This document shows positions 33,401 through 46,300 of a DNA stretch of 64,000 bases, piece by piece. Source of the stretch: Eledone cirrhosa. Its lineage: Eukaryota. A program made the position numbers and the translations under genes. The DNA lies in assembly GCA_964016885.1 (NCBI GenBank), contig OZ024740.1, forward strand, positions 204,352,001 through 204,416,000. Direction: 5' to 3'. The notes below the pieces were generated by a model that was not told where the DNA came from, did no database searches, and was given only the letters and a program-made list of their open reading frames with translations. Numbering within the stretch: position 1 is the stretch's first letter; the number at the start of each line of letters is the position of its first letter.

Positions 33401-35077
33401 CTGTGTTGTTAAGGAGTTCGTTATAGACTCAGACGGGGCTGTGTTGTTAAGGAGTTTCATATAGACCCAGACGGGGCTGTGTTGTTAAGGAGTTTCTTAT
33501 AGACCGAGACGGGGCTGTGTTGTTAAGGAGTTTCTTATAGACCCAGACGTGGCTGTGTTGTTAAGGAGTTCGTTATAGACACAGACGTGGCTGTGTTGTT
33601 AAGGAGTTTATTATAGACCCAGACGTGGCGGTGTTGTTAAGGAGTTCGTTATAGACCCAGACGTTGCTGTGTTATTAAGGAGTTTGTTATAGACCCAGAC
33701 GTGGCTGTGTTGTTAAGGAGTTCGTTATAGACACAGACGGGGCTGTGTTGTTAAGGAGTTCATTATAGACCCAGACGTGGCTGTGTTATTAAGGAGTTTG
33801 TTATAGACCCAGACGTGGCTGTGTTATAGACCCAGACGTGGCTATGTTATTAAGAAGTTTCTTATAGACCCAGACGTGGCTGTGTTGTTAAGGCGTTTGT
33901 TATAGACTCAGACGTGGCTGTGTTATTAAGGAGTTTGTTATAGCCCCAGATCGGCTGTGTTGTTAAGGAGTTCGTTATAGACACAGACGGGGCTGTGTTA
34001 TTAAGGAGTTTATTATAGACCCAGACGTGGCTGTGTTATTAAGGGTTTCTCATAGACCCAGGCGTGGCTGTGTTATTAAGGAGTTTATTATAGACCCAGA
34101 CGTGGCTGCGTTGTTAAGGAGTTCGTTATAGACCCAGAGGTGGCTGTGTTATTAAGGAGTTTATTATAGACCCAGACGTGGCTGTGTTATTAAGGAGTTT
34201 GTTATAGACCCAGACGTGGCTGCGTTGTTAAGGAGTTCGTTATAGACCCAGAGGTGGCTGTGTTATTAAGGAGTTTATTATAGACCCAGACGTGGCTGTG
34301 TTATTAAGGAGTTTGTTATAGACCCAGACGTGGCCGTGTTGTTAAGGCGTTTGTTATAGACACTGACGTGATTGTGTTGTTAAGGAGTTCGTTATCGACC
34401 CAGGCTTGGCTGTGTTATTAAGGAGTTTCTTATAGACCCAGAGGTGGCAGTGTTATTAAGGAGATTCTTATAGACCCAGACGTGGCTGTGTTATTAAGGA
34501 GTTAGTTATAGACCCAGACGTGGCTGTGTTGTTAAGGAGTTCGTTATAGACGCAGACGGGGCTGTGTTGTTAAGGAGTATCTTATAGACCCAGACGTGGC
34601 TGTGTTGCTAAGGAGTTCATTATAGACTCAGACGTGGCTGTGTTATTAAGGAGTTTATTATAGACCTAGACGTGGCTGTGTTATTAACGGGTTTCTTATA
34701 GACCCAGACGTGGCTGTGTTATTAAGGAGTTTATTATAGACCCAGATGTGGCGGTGTTGTTAAGGGGTTCGTTATAGACCCAGACGTGGCTGTGTTATTA
34801 AGGAGTTTATTATAGACCCAGACGTGGATGTGTTATTAAGGAGTTTGTTATAGACCCAAACGTGGCTGTGTTATTAAGGAGTTTGTTATAGCCCCAGATC
34901 GGCTGTGTTGTTAAGGAGTTCGTTATAGACACAGACGGGGCTGTGATATTAAGGTGTTTATTATAGACCCAGACGTGGCTGTGTTATTAAGGGGTTTCTT
35001 ATAGACCCAGACGTGGCTGTGTTATTAAGGAGTTTATTATAGACCCAGACGTGGCGGTGTTGTTAAGGAGTTCGTTA
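24441..35077. repeat. ~5.3-5.4-kb tandem duplication within the satellite
   Basis: Rare markers recur: AGACATAGAC at 24481 and 29879, also GTACAGG, GTTAAATACTC and GGAGTATC. The offset drifts from 5398 to about 5238 through monomer losses. Confidence 0.88.
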
Positions 35078-35183
35078 TAGACCCAGACGTGGCTGTGTTA
35101 TTAAGGACTTTATTATAGACCCAGACGTAGCTGTGTTGTTAAGGAGTTCGTTATAGACCCAGACGTGGTGTGTTATTAAGAAG

Positions 35184-36564
35184 TGTAGCGGTTGTCTCCC
35201 TTGTTTTGATTGGGATCTAGACGGGAAGTAGAACCCTTTCTGCAACTTCCGGTCAGAGCCCTATAAAACTAACAACTTTAAGCTTTCTAACTCTCTTTGC
35301 CTTTTCGGCACCAGGTCAAGAGCCTCTCATTGGGCTCCGCCATTAATTTGGCCAACAGGCGCCTGGACTTAGCCAGGCGTCTTCTGCCAGCCGCGTTTGC
35401 CTGGCAATCAAAACGGTAACTACTAACTTTGCTTCATTCTAACAACAACCTCATCTTTGACATGTCAAGTATACTATCTACCATTGTTAATTAAATATTA
35501 TACACACAAACCATGTCTCGTTTTGTTACATTCATACAACCTCAGTAATCTCGCTATATCGGTGACCCCGACGTGATACGAACACGCGGCCGTTCATCAC
35601 GTCGGGGTCACCACTTTAGGAAATAGATATCGGTGCACATGCAACATAATATAAAAGACAAAGAGTACTGGTGTGTGTGTGTGATAAAGTTTTACTTCAT
35701 AGAAGTCAAAGGTGTATAATGTAAAGGGTTGTTACCCGATGGCAATAATACCATTCTGAAGTTGGTAGAAATGTCTTGGCGCTCTCATCTCAGGCTGGTG
35801 AGCTGCATGGTGCTTGGTAACGAAAGGGTCGTCCAGCAAGAATCACCAGCTATGGTCGGAGATGTTACCACTTCAGGAATCAGGAGGCGAGAGAGAGATT
35901 TCGCGGTTAATCGCTCCTTTTATCTCTGTTGACCGGAAGTGACCACTAGGGAGTTTGGTCAATCCCAAAGGGAAGCAACTCCACCTACTTCCTGTCTAGA
36001 GAACAGCGATTCGATTGTCGTGGATGTCCAGTCGTTCTCTGGCCAAGAGCGGTTGGCTACCTTGATATCTATCATTGATTTTTCCAAACATTCTTTTGTC
36101 TTAATTTTCATGCCTGTTACAACATTCTCGCCAACTTGCTACATATTTTCATTTCGATTTTTATACACTAAAATTCTGGCGGGAGGTTATGTAGCGGTTG
36201 TCTCCCTTGTTTTGATTGGGATCTAGACGGGAAGTAGAACCCTTTCTGCAACTTCCGGTCAGAGCCCTATAAAACTAACAACTTTAAGTTTTCTAACTCT
36301 CTTTGCCTTTTCGGCACCAGGTCAAGAGCCTCTCATTGGGCTCCGCCATTAATTTGGCCAACAGGCGCCTGGACTTAGCCAGGAGTCTTCTGCCAGCCGC
36401 GTTTGCCTGGCAATCAAAACGGTAACTACTAACTTTGCTTCATTCTAACAACATCCTCATCTTTGACATGTCAAGTATACTATCTACCATTGTTAATTAA
36501 ATATTATACACACAAACCATGTCTCGTTTTGTTACATTCATACAACCTCAGTAATCTCGCTATA
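35184..36564 (+). mobile_element. Non-autonomous LTR retroelement (TRIM-like, probably Gypsy-dependent), 1381 bp
   Basis: 375-bp LTRs at 35184-35558 and 36190-36564 (TGTAGCG...CGCTATA; 3 differences seen). TSD GAAG at 35180-35183 and 36565-36568. tRNA-Trp PBS at 35560-35577 and PPT-like GGCGGGAGG before the 3' LTR. Empty site at 60931-60980. Confidence 0.93.
35560..35613. other. Head-to-head pair of tRNA-Trp primer binding sites (18-bp inverted repeat)
   Basis: Plus strand cGGTGACCCCGACGTGAT (35560-35577). ATCACGTCGGGGTCACCA (35596-35613) is the 3' 18 nt of tRNA-Trp including CCA, i.e. a perfect PBS on the minus strand. Confidence 0.9.
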
Positions 36565-39500
36565 GAAGTTTATTATACACCCAGACGTGACTGTGTTGTT
36601 AAGGAGTTCGTTATAGACCCAGACGGGGCTGTGTTATTAAGGAGTTTATTATCGAACCAGACGCGGCTGTGTTGTTAAGGAGTTCGTTATAGATCAGACG
36701 GGGCTGTGTTATTAAGGAGTTTATTATAGACCCAGACGTGGCTGTGTTGTTAAGGTGTTCATTATAGACCCAGACGTGGCTGTGTTATTAAGGAGTTTGT
36801 TATAGACCCAGACGTGGGTGTGTTATAGACCCAGACGTGGCTGTGTTATAGACCCAGACGTGGCTATGTTATTAAGAAGTTTCTTATAGACCCAGACGTG
36901 GCTGTGTTGTTAAGGAGTTTGTTATAGACTCAGACTTGGCTGTGTTATTAAGGAGTTTGTTATAGCCCCAGATCGGCTGTGTTGTTAAGGAGTTCGTTAT
37001 AGACACAGACGGGGCCGTGTTATTAAGGAGTTTATTATAGAGCCAGACGTGGCTGTGTTATTAAGGGGTTTCTTATAGACCCAGACGTGGCTGTGTTATT
37101 AAGGAGTTTATTATAGACCCAGACGTGGCGGTGTTGTAAAGGAGATCGTTATAGGCCCAGACGTGGCTGTGTTATTGAGGAGTTTATTATAGACCCAGAC
37201 GTTGCTGTGTTATTAAAGAGTTTGTTATAGACCCAGACGTGGCTGTGTTGTTAAGGAGTTTGTTATAGACCATGACGTGGCTGTGTTGTTAAGGAGTTCG
37301 TTATAGACCCAGACATGGTTGTGTTATTAAGGAGTTTGTAGTAGACCCAGACATGGTGGTGTTGTTAAGGAGTTTATTATAGACCCAGACTATGGCTGTG
37401 TTATTAAGGAGTTTATTATAGACCCAGACGTGTCTGTGTTGTTAAGGTGTTCATTATAGACCCAGACGTGGCTGTGTTATTAAGGAGTTCGTTATAGACA
37501 CAGACGGGGCTGTGTTGTTAAGGAGTTCATTATAGACCCAGACGTGGCTGTGTTGTTAAGGAGTTTGTTATAGACCCAGACGTGGCTGTGTTATAGACCC
37601 AGACGTGGCTATGTTATTAAGAAGTTTCTTATAGACCCAGACGTGGCTGTGTTGTTAAGGAGTTTGTTATAGACTCAGATGTGGCTGTGTTATTAAGGAG
37701 TTTGTTATAGCCCCAGATCGGATGCGTTGTTAAGGAGTTCGTTATAGACACAGACGTGGCTGTGTTATTAAGGAGTTTATTATAGACCCAGACGTGGCTG
37801 TGTTATTAAGGGTTTCTTATAGACCCAGACGTGGCTCTGTTGTTAAGGAGTTCGTTATAGACACAGACGGGGCTGCGTTGTTAAGGAGTTTCTTATAGAC
37901 CCAGACGTGGCTGTGTTGTTAAGGAGTTTGTTATAGACCCAGACGTGACTGTGTTATTAAGGAGTTTATTATAGACCCAGTCGTGGCTGTGTTGTTAAAG
38001 AGTTCGTTAAAGACACAGACGGGGCAGTGTTATTAAGGAGTTTATTATAGACCCACACGTGGCTGTGTTGTTAAGGAGTTCGTTATAGACACAGATGGGG
38101 CTGTGTTATTAAGGAGTTTATTATAGACCCAGACGTGGCTGTGTTATTAAGGGTTTCTTATAGATCCAGGCGTGGCTGTGTTATTAAGGAGTTTATTATA
38201 GACCCAGACGTGGCTGTGTTATTAAGGAGTTTGTTATAGACCCAGAGGTGGATATGTTATTAAGGAGTTTCTTATTGACCCAGACGTGGCTGTGTTGGTA
38301 AGGAGTTTGTTATAGACACAGACGTGATTGTGTTGTTAAGGAGTTCGTTATCGACCCAGGCTTGGCTGTGTTATTAAGGAGTTTCTTATAGACCCAGACG
38401 TGGCTATGTTATTAAGGAGATTCTTATAGACCCAGACGTGGCTGTGTTGTTAAGGAGTTTGTTATAGTCCCAGACGTGGCTGTGTTGTTAAGGAGTTCGT
38501 TATAGACGCAGACGGGGCTGTGATGTTAAGGAGTTTCCTATAGACCCAGACGTGGCTGTGTTGTTAAGGAGTTCGTTATAGACACAGACGGGGCTGTGTT
38601 GTTAAGGATTTTCTTATAGACCCAGACGGGGCTGTGTTGGTAAGGAGTTTGTTATAGACACAGACGTGATTGTGTTGTTAAGGAGTTCGTTATAGACCCA
38701 GACGTGGCCGTGTTATTCAGGGGTTTCTTATAGACCCAGACGTGGCTGTGTTATTAAGGAGTTTATTATAGACCCAGACGTGGCGGTGTTGTAAAGGAGT
38801 TCGTTATAGACTCAGACGTGGCTGTGTTATTAAGGAGTTTATTATAGACCCAGACGTTGCTGTGTTATTAAGGAGTTTGTTATAGACCCAGACGTGGCTG
38901 TGTTGTTAAGGAGTTTGTTATAGACCATGACGTGGCTGTGTTGTTAAGGAGTTCGTTATAGACACAGACGGGGCTGTGTTATTAAGGAGTTTCCTATAGA
39001 CCCAGACGTGGCTGTGTTGTTAAGGAGTTCGTTATAGACTCAGACGGGGCTGTGTTGTTAAGGAGTTTCTTATAGACCCAGACGGGGCTGTGTTGTTAAG
39101 GAGTTCGTTATAGACACAGACGTGGCTGTGTTGTTAAGGAGTTTCTTATAGACCCAGACGTGGGTGTGTTGTTAAGGAGTTCGTTATAGACACAGACGGA
39201 GCTGTGAAGTTAAGGAGTTTGTTATAGACCCAGACGTGGCTATGTTATTAAGAAGTTTCTTATAGACCCAGACGTGGCTGTGTTGTTAAGGAGTTTGTTA
39301 TAGACTCAGACGTGGCTGTGTTATTTAGGAGTTTGTTATAGCCCAAGATCGGCTGTGTTGTTAAGGAGTTCGTTATAGAGACAGACGGTGCTGTGTTATT
39401 AAGGAATTTATTATAGACCCAGACGTGGCTGTGTTATTAAGGGGTTTCTTATAGACCCAGACGTGGCTGTGTTATTAAGGAGTTTATTATAGACCCAGAC

Positions 39501-42500
39501 GTCGCGGTGTTGTAAAGGAGTTCGTTATAGACCCAGACGTGGCTGTGTTATTAAGGAGTTTATTATAGACCCAGACGTTGCTGTGTTATTAAGGAGTTCG
39601 TTATAGACACAGACGGGGCTGTGTTGTTAAGGAGCTCATTATAGACCCAGACGTGGCTGTGTTGTTAAGGAGTTTGTTATAGACCCAGACGTGGCTGTGT
39701 TATAGACCCAGACGTGGCTATGTTATTAAGAAGATTCTTATAGACCCAGACGTGGCTTTGTTGTTAAGGAGTTTGTTATAGACTCAGACGTGGCTGTGTT
39801 ATTAAGGAGTTTGTTATAGCCCCAGATCGGCTGTGTTGTTAAGGAGTTCGTTATCGACACAGACGGTGCTGTGTTATTAAGGAGTTTATTATAGACCCAG
39901 ACGTGGCTGTGTTATTAAGGGGTTTCTTATAGACCCAGACGTGGCTGTGTTATTAAGGAGTTTATTATAGACCCAGACGTGGCGGTGTTGTAAAGGAGTT
40001 CGTTATAGACCCAGACGTGGCTGTGTTATTAAGGAGTTTATTATAGACCCAGACGTGGCTGTGTTATTAAGGAGTTTGTTATAGACCCAGACGTGGCTGT
40101 GTTGTTAAGGAGTTTGTTATAGACCATGACGTGGCTGTGTTGTTAAGGAGTTCGTTATAGACACAGAAGGGGCTGTGTTGTTAAGGAGTTCATTATAGAC
40201 CCAGACGTGGCTGTGTTGTTAAGGAGTTTGTTATAGACCCAGACGTGGCTGTGTTATAGACCCAGACGTGGCTATGTTATTAAGAAGTTTCTTATAGACC
40301 CAGACGTGGCTGTGTTGTTAAGGAGTTTGTTATAGACTCAGACGTGGCTGTGTTATTAAGGAGTTTGTTATAGCCCCAGATCGGCTGTGTTGTTAAGGAG
40401 TTCGTTATAGACACAGACGGGGCTGTGTTATTAAGGAGTTTATTATAGACCCAGACGTGGCTGTGTTATTAATGGTTTCTCATAGACCCAGGCGTGGCTG
40501 TGTTATTAAGGAGTTTATTATAGACCCAGACGTGGCTGCGTTGTTAAGGAGTTCGTTATAGACCCAGAGGTGGCTGTGTTATTAAGGAGTTTATTATAGA
40601 CCCAGACATGGCTGTGTTGTTAAGGAGTTTGTTATAGACCCAGACGTGGTTGTGTTGTTAAGGAGTTTGTTATAGACCCAGACGTGGCCGTGTTGTTAAG
40701 GCGTTTGTTATAGACACTGACGTGATTGTGTTGTTAAGGAGTTCGTTATCGACCCAGGCTTGGCTGTGTTATTAAGGAGTTTCTTATAGACCCAGAGGTG
40801 GCTGTGTTATTAAGGAGATTCTTATAGACCCAGACGTGGCTGTGTTATTAAGGAGTTAGTTATAGACCCAGACGTGGCTGTGTTGTTAAGGAGTTCGTTA
40901 TAGACGCAGACGTGGCTGTGTTGCTAAGGAGTTCATTATAGACTCAGACGTGGCTGTGTTATTAAGGAGTTTATTATAGACCCAGACGTGGCTGTGTTAT
41001 TAACGGGTTTCTTATAGACCCAGACGTGGCTGTGTTATTAAGGAGTTTATGATACACCCAGACGTGACTGTGTTGTTAAGGAGTTCGTTATAGACACAGA
41101 CGTGGCTGTGTTATTAAGGAGTTTGTTATAGACCCAGACGTGGCTGTGTTGTTAAGGAGTTCGTTATAGACGCAGACGGGGCTGTGTTGTTAAGGAGTTT
41201 ATTATAGACCCAGACGTGGCTGTGTTATTAAGGGGTTTCTTATAGACCCAGACGTGGCTGTGTTATTAAGGAGTTTATTATAGACCCAGACGTTTCGGTG
41301 TTGTTAAGGAGTTCGTTATAGACCCAGACGTGGCTGTGTTATTAAGGACTGTATTATAGACCCCAGACGTAGCTGTGTTGTTAAGGAGTTCGTTATAGAC
41401 CCAGACGTGGCTGTGTTATTAAGGAGTTTATTATAGACCCAGACGTGGCTGTGTTATTATGGAGTTTGTTATAGACCCAGACGTGGCTGTGTTGTTAAGG
41501 AGTTCGTTATAGACGCAGACGGGGCTGTGTTATTAAGGAGTTTCTTATAGACCCAGACGTGGCTGTGTTATTAAGGAGTTTGTTATAGCCCCAGATCGGC
41601 TGTGTTGTTAAGGAGTTCGTTATAGACACAGACGGGGCTGTGATATTAAGGTGTTTATTATAGACCCAGACGTGGCTGTGTTATTAAGGGGTTTCTTATA
41701 GACCCAGACGTGGCTGTGTTATTAAGGAGTTTATTATAGACCCAGACGTGGCGGTGTTGTTAAGGAGTTCGTTATAGACCCAGACGTGGCTGTGTTATTA
41801 AGGACTTTATTATAGACCCAGACGTAGCTGTGTTGTTAAGTAGTTCGATATAGACCCAGACGTGGCTGTGTTATTAAGAAGTTTATTTTACACCCAGACG
41901 TAACTGTGTTGTTAAGGAGTTCGTTATAGACCCAGACGTGGCTATGTTATTAAGGAGTTCGTTATAGACCCAGACGCGGCTGCGTTATTAAGGAGTTTAT
42001 TATCGAACCAGACGTGGCTGTGTTGTTAAGGAGTTCGTTATAGACACAGACGGGGCTGTGTTATTAAGGAGTTTATTATAGACCCAGACGTGGCTGTGTT
42101 GTTAAGGAGTTCGTTATAGACACAGATGGGGCTGTATTATTAAGGAGTTTATTATACACCCAGACGTGACTGTGTTGTTAAGGAGTTTATTATAGACCCA
42201 GACTATGGCTGTGTTATTAAGGAGTTTATTATAGACCCAGATGTGTCTGTGTTGTTAAGGTGTTCATTATAGACCCAAAACTGGCTGTGTTATTAAGGAG
42301 TTCGTTATAGACACAGATGGGGCTGTCTTGTTAAGGGGTTTATTATAGACCCAGACGTGGCTGTGTTATTAACGGGTTTCTTATAAACCCAGACGTGGCT
42401 GTGTTATTAAGGAGTTTATTATAGACCCAGACGTGGCGGTGTTATTAAGGAGTTCGTTATAGACCCAGACGTGGCTATGTTATTAAGGAGTTTATTATAG

Positions 42501-43276
42501 ACCCAGACGTGGCTGTGTTATTAAGGAGTTTGTTATAGACCCAGACGTGGCTGTGTTGTTAAGGAGTTCGTTATAGACGCAGACGGGGCTGTGTTATTAA
42601 GGAGTTTCTTATAGACCCAGACGTAGCTGTGTTATTAAGGAGTTTGTTATAGCCCCAGATCGGCTGTGTTGTTAAGGAGTTCGTTATAGACACAGACGGG
42701 GCTGTGATATTAAGGTGTTTATTATAGACCCAGACGTGGCTGTGTTATTAAGGGGTTTCTTATAGACCCAGACGTGGCTGTGTTATTAAGGAGTTTATTA
42801 TAGACCCAGACGTGGCGGTGTTGTTAAGGAGTTCGTTATAGACCCAGACGTGGCTGTGTTATTAAGGACTTTATTATAGACCCAGACGTAGCTGTGTTGT
42901 TAAGGAGTTCGTTATAGACCCAGACGTGGCTGTGTTATTAAGAAGTTTATTATACACCCAGACGTAACTGTGTTGTTAAGGAGTTCGTTATAGACCCAGA
43001 CGTGGCTATGTTATTAAGGAGTTCGTTATAGACCCAGACGCGGCTGCGTTATTAAGGAGTTTATTATCGAACCAGACGTGGCTGTGTTGTTAAGGAGTTC
43101 GTTATAGACACAGACGGGGCTGTGTTATTAAGGAGTTTATTATAGACCCAGACGTGGCTGTGTTGTTAAGGAGTTCGTTTTAGACACAGACGGGGCTGTG
43201 TTATTAAGGAGTTTATTATAGACCCAGACGTGGCTGTGTTGTTAAGGAGTTCGTTATAGACACAGATGGGGCTGTA

Positions 43277-43378
43277 CCCGCCGAGGTTAACTTTGCCTTT
43301 CATCCTTACGGGGTCGATAAAATGAAGTACCAGTAATACACTGGGTAATTGCTGGCCTTGTGCCTAACGTAGAAACAA
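43277..43378 (+). mobile_element. 5'-truncated SINE inserted in a satellite monomer
   Basis: CCCGCCGAGGTTAACTTTGCC...GTAGAAACAA lies between GGCTGTA and TTATTAAGG. An uninterrupted equivalent monomer is at 42121-42150. Confidence 0.9.
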
Positions 43379-46300
43379 TTATTAAGGAGTTTATTATACA
43401 CCCAAACGTGACTGTGTTGTTAAGTAGTTTATTATAGACCCAGACTATGGCTGTGTTATAAACGAGTTTATTATAGACCCAGATGTCTCTGTGTTGTTAA
43501 GATGTTCATTATAGACCCAAAACTGGCTGTGTTATTAAGGAGTTCGTTATAGACACAGATGGGGCTGTGTTGTTAAGGAGTTCATTATAGACCCAGACGT
43601 GGCTGTGTTGTTAAGGAGTTTCTTATAGACCCAGACGTGGCTGTGTTATTAAGGAGTTTGTTATAGCCCCAGATCGGCTGTGTTGTTAAGGAGTTCGTTA
43701 TAGACACAGACGGGGCTGTGTTATTAAGGAGTTTATTATAGACCCAGACGTGGCTGTGTTATTAAGGGGTTTCTGATAGACCCAGACGTGGCTGTGTTAT
43801 TAAGGAGTTTATTATAGACCCAGACGTTGCTGTGTTATTAAGGAGTTTATTATAGACCCAGACGTGGCGGTGTTGTTAAGGAGTTCGTTATAGACGCAGA
43901 CGGGGCTGTGTTGTTAAGGAGTTTATTATAGACCCAGACGTGGCTGTGTTATTAAGGACTTTATTATAGACCCAGACGTAGCTGTGTTGTTAAGGAGTTC
44001 GTTATAGACCCAGACGTGTCTGTGTTATTAAGGACTTTATTATAGACCCAGACGTAGCTGTGTTGTTAAGGAGTTCGTTATAGACCCAGTCGTGGCTGTG
44101 TTATTAAGAAGTTTATTATACACCCAGACGTAACTGTGTTGTTAAGGAGTTCGTTATAGACCCAGACGTGGCTATGTTATTAAGGAGTTCGTTATAGACC
44201 CAGACGCGGCTGCGTTATTAAGGAGTTTATTATCGAACCAGACGTGGCTGTGTTGTTAAGGAGTTCGTTATAGACACAGACGGGGCTGTGTTATTAAGGA
44301 GTTTATTATAGACCCAGACGTGGCTGTGTTGTTAAGGAGTTCGTTATAGACACAGATGGGGCTGTATTATTAAGGAGATTATTATACACCCAGACGTGAC
44401 TGTGTTGTTAAGGAGTTTATTATAGACCCAGACTATGGCTGTGTTATTAAGGAGTTTATTATAGACCCAGATGTGTCTGTGTTGTTAAGGTGTTCATTAT
44501 AGACCCAAAACTGGCTGTGTTATTAAGGAGTTCGTTATAGACACAGATGGGGCTGTGTTGTTAAGGAGTTTATTATAGACCCAGACGTGGCTGTGTTATT
44601 AACGGGTTTCTTATAGACCCAGACGTGGCTGTGTTATTAAGGAGTTTATTATAGACCCAGACGTGGCGGTGTTGTTAAGGAGTTCGTTATAGACCCAGAC
44701 GTGGCTGTGTTATTAAGGAGTTTATTATAGACCCAGACGTGGCTGTGTTATTAAGGAGTTTGTTATAGACCCAGACGTGGCTGTGTTGTTAAGGAGTTCG
44801 TTATAGACGCAGACGGGGCTGTGTTATTAAGGAGTTTCTTATAGACCCAGACGTAGCTGTGTTATTAAGGAGTTTGTTATAGCCTCAGATCGGCTGTGTT
44901 GTTAAGGAGTTCGTTATAGACACAGACGGGGCTGTGATATTAAGGTGTTTATTATAGACCCAGACGTGGCTGTTATTAAGGGGTTTCTTATAGACCCAGA
45001 CGTGGCTGTGTTATTAAGGAGTTTATTATAGACCCAGACGTGGCGGTGTTGTTAAGGAGTTCGTTATAGACCCAGACGTGGCTGTGTTATTAAGGACTTT
45101 ATTATAGACCCAGACGTAACTGTGTTGTTAAGGAGTTCGTTAAAGACCCAGACGTGGCTATGTTATTAAGGAGTTCGTTATAGACCCAGACGCGGCTGCG
45201 TTATTAAGGAGTTTATTATCGAACCAGACGTGGCTGTGTTGTTAAGGAGTTCGTTATAGACACAGACGGGGCTGTGTTATTAAGGAGTCTATTATAGACC
45301 CAGACGTGGCTGTGTTGTTAAGGAGTTCGTTATAGACACAGACGGGGCTGTGTTATTAAGGAGTTTATTATAGACCCAGACGTGGCTGTGTTGTTAAGGA
45401 GTTCGTTATAGACACAGATGGGGCTGTATTATTAAGGAGTTTATTATACACCCAGACGTGACTGTGTTGCTAAGGAGTTCGTTATAGACACAGACGTGGC
45501 TGTGTTATTAAGGAGTTTGTTATAGACCCAGACGTGGCTGTGTTGTTAAGGATTCGTTATAGACGCAAACGGGGCTGTGTTGTTAAGGAGTTTATTATAG
45601 ACCCAGACGTGGCTGTGTTATTAAGGAGTTCGTTATAGACACAGACGGGGCTGTGTTATTAAGGAGTCTATTATAGACCCAGACGTGGCTGTGTTGTTAA
45701 GGAGTTCGTTATAGACACAGACGGGGCTGTGTTATTAAGGAGTTTATTATAGACCCAGACGTGGCTGTGTTATTAACGGGTTTCTTATAGACCCAGACGT
45801 GGCTGTGTTATTAAGGAGTTTATGATACACCCAGACGTGACTGTGTTGTTAAAGAGTTCGTTATAGACACAGACGTGGCTGTGTTATTAAGGAGTTTGTT
45901 ATAGACCCAGACGTGGCTGTGTTGTTAAGGAGTTCGTTATAGACGCAGACGGGGCTGTGTTGTTAAGGAGTTTATTATAGACCCAGACGTGGCTGTGTTA
46001 TTAAGGAGTTCGTTATAGACCCAGACGTGGCTGTGTTGTTAATGAGTTCGTTATAGACACAGACGGAGCTGTGATATCAAGGTGTTTATTATAGACCCAG
46101 ACGTGGCTGTGTTATTAAGGGGTTTCTTATAGAGCCAGACGTGGCTGTGTTATTAAGGAGTTTATTATAGACCCAAACGTTTCGGTGTTGTTAAGGAGTT
46201 CGTTATAGACCCAGACGTGGCTGTGTTATTAAGGACTGTATTATAGACCCCAGACGTAGCTGTGTTGTTAAGGAGTTCGTTATAGACCCAGACGTGGCTG

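Noticed and set aside
35560-35613. tRNA-Trp gene
   Set aside because: Only the 3' end is present, with encoded CCA and next to LTRs, so it is PBS-derived.
35729-36678. Short ORFs inside the LTR element
   Set aside because: No gag, pol or env motifs. They overlap LTR-like sequence and the satellite.
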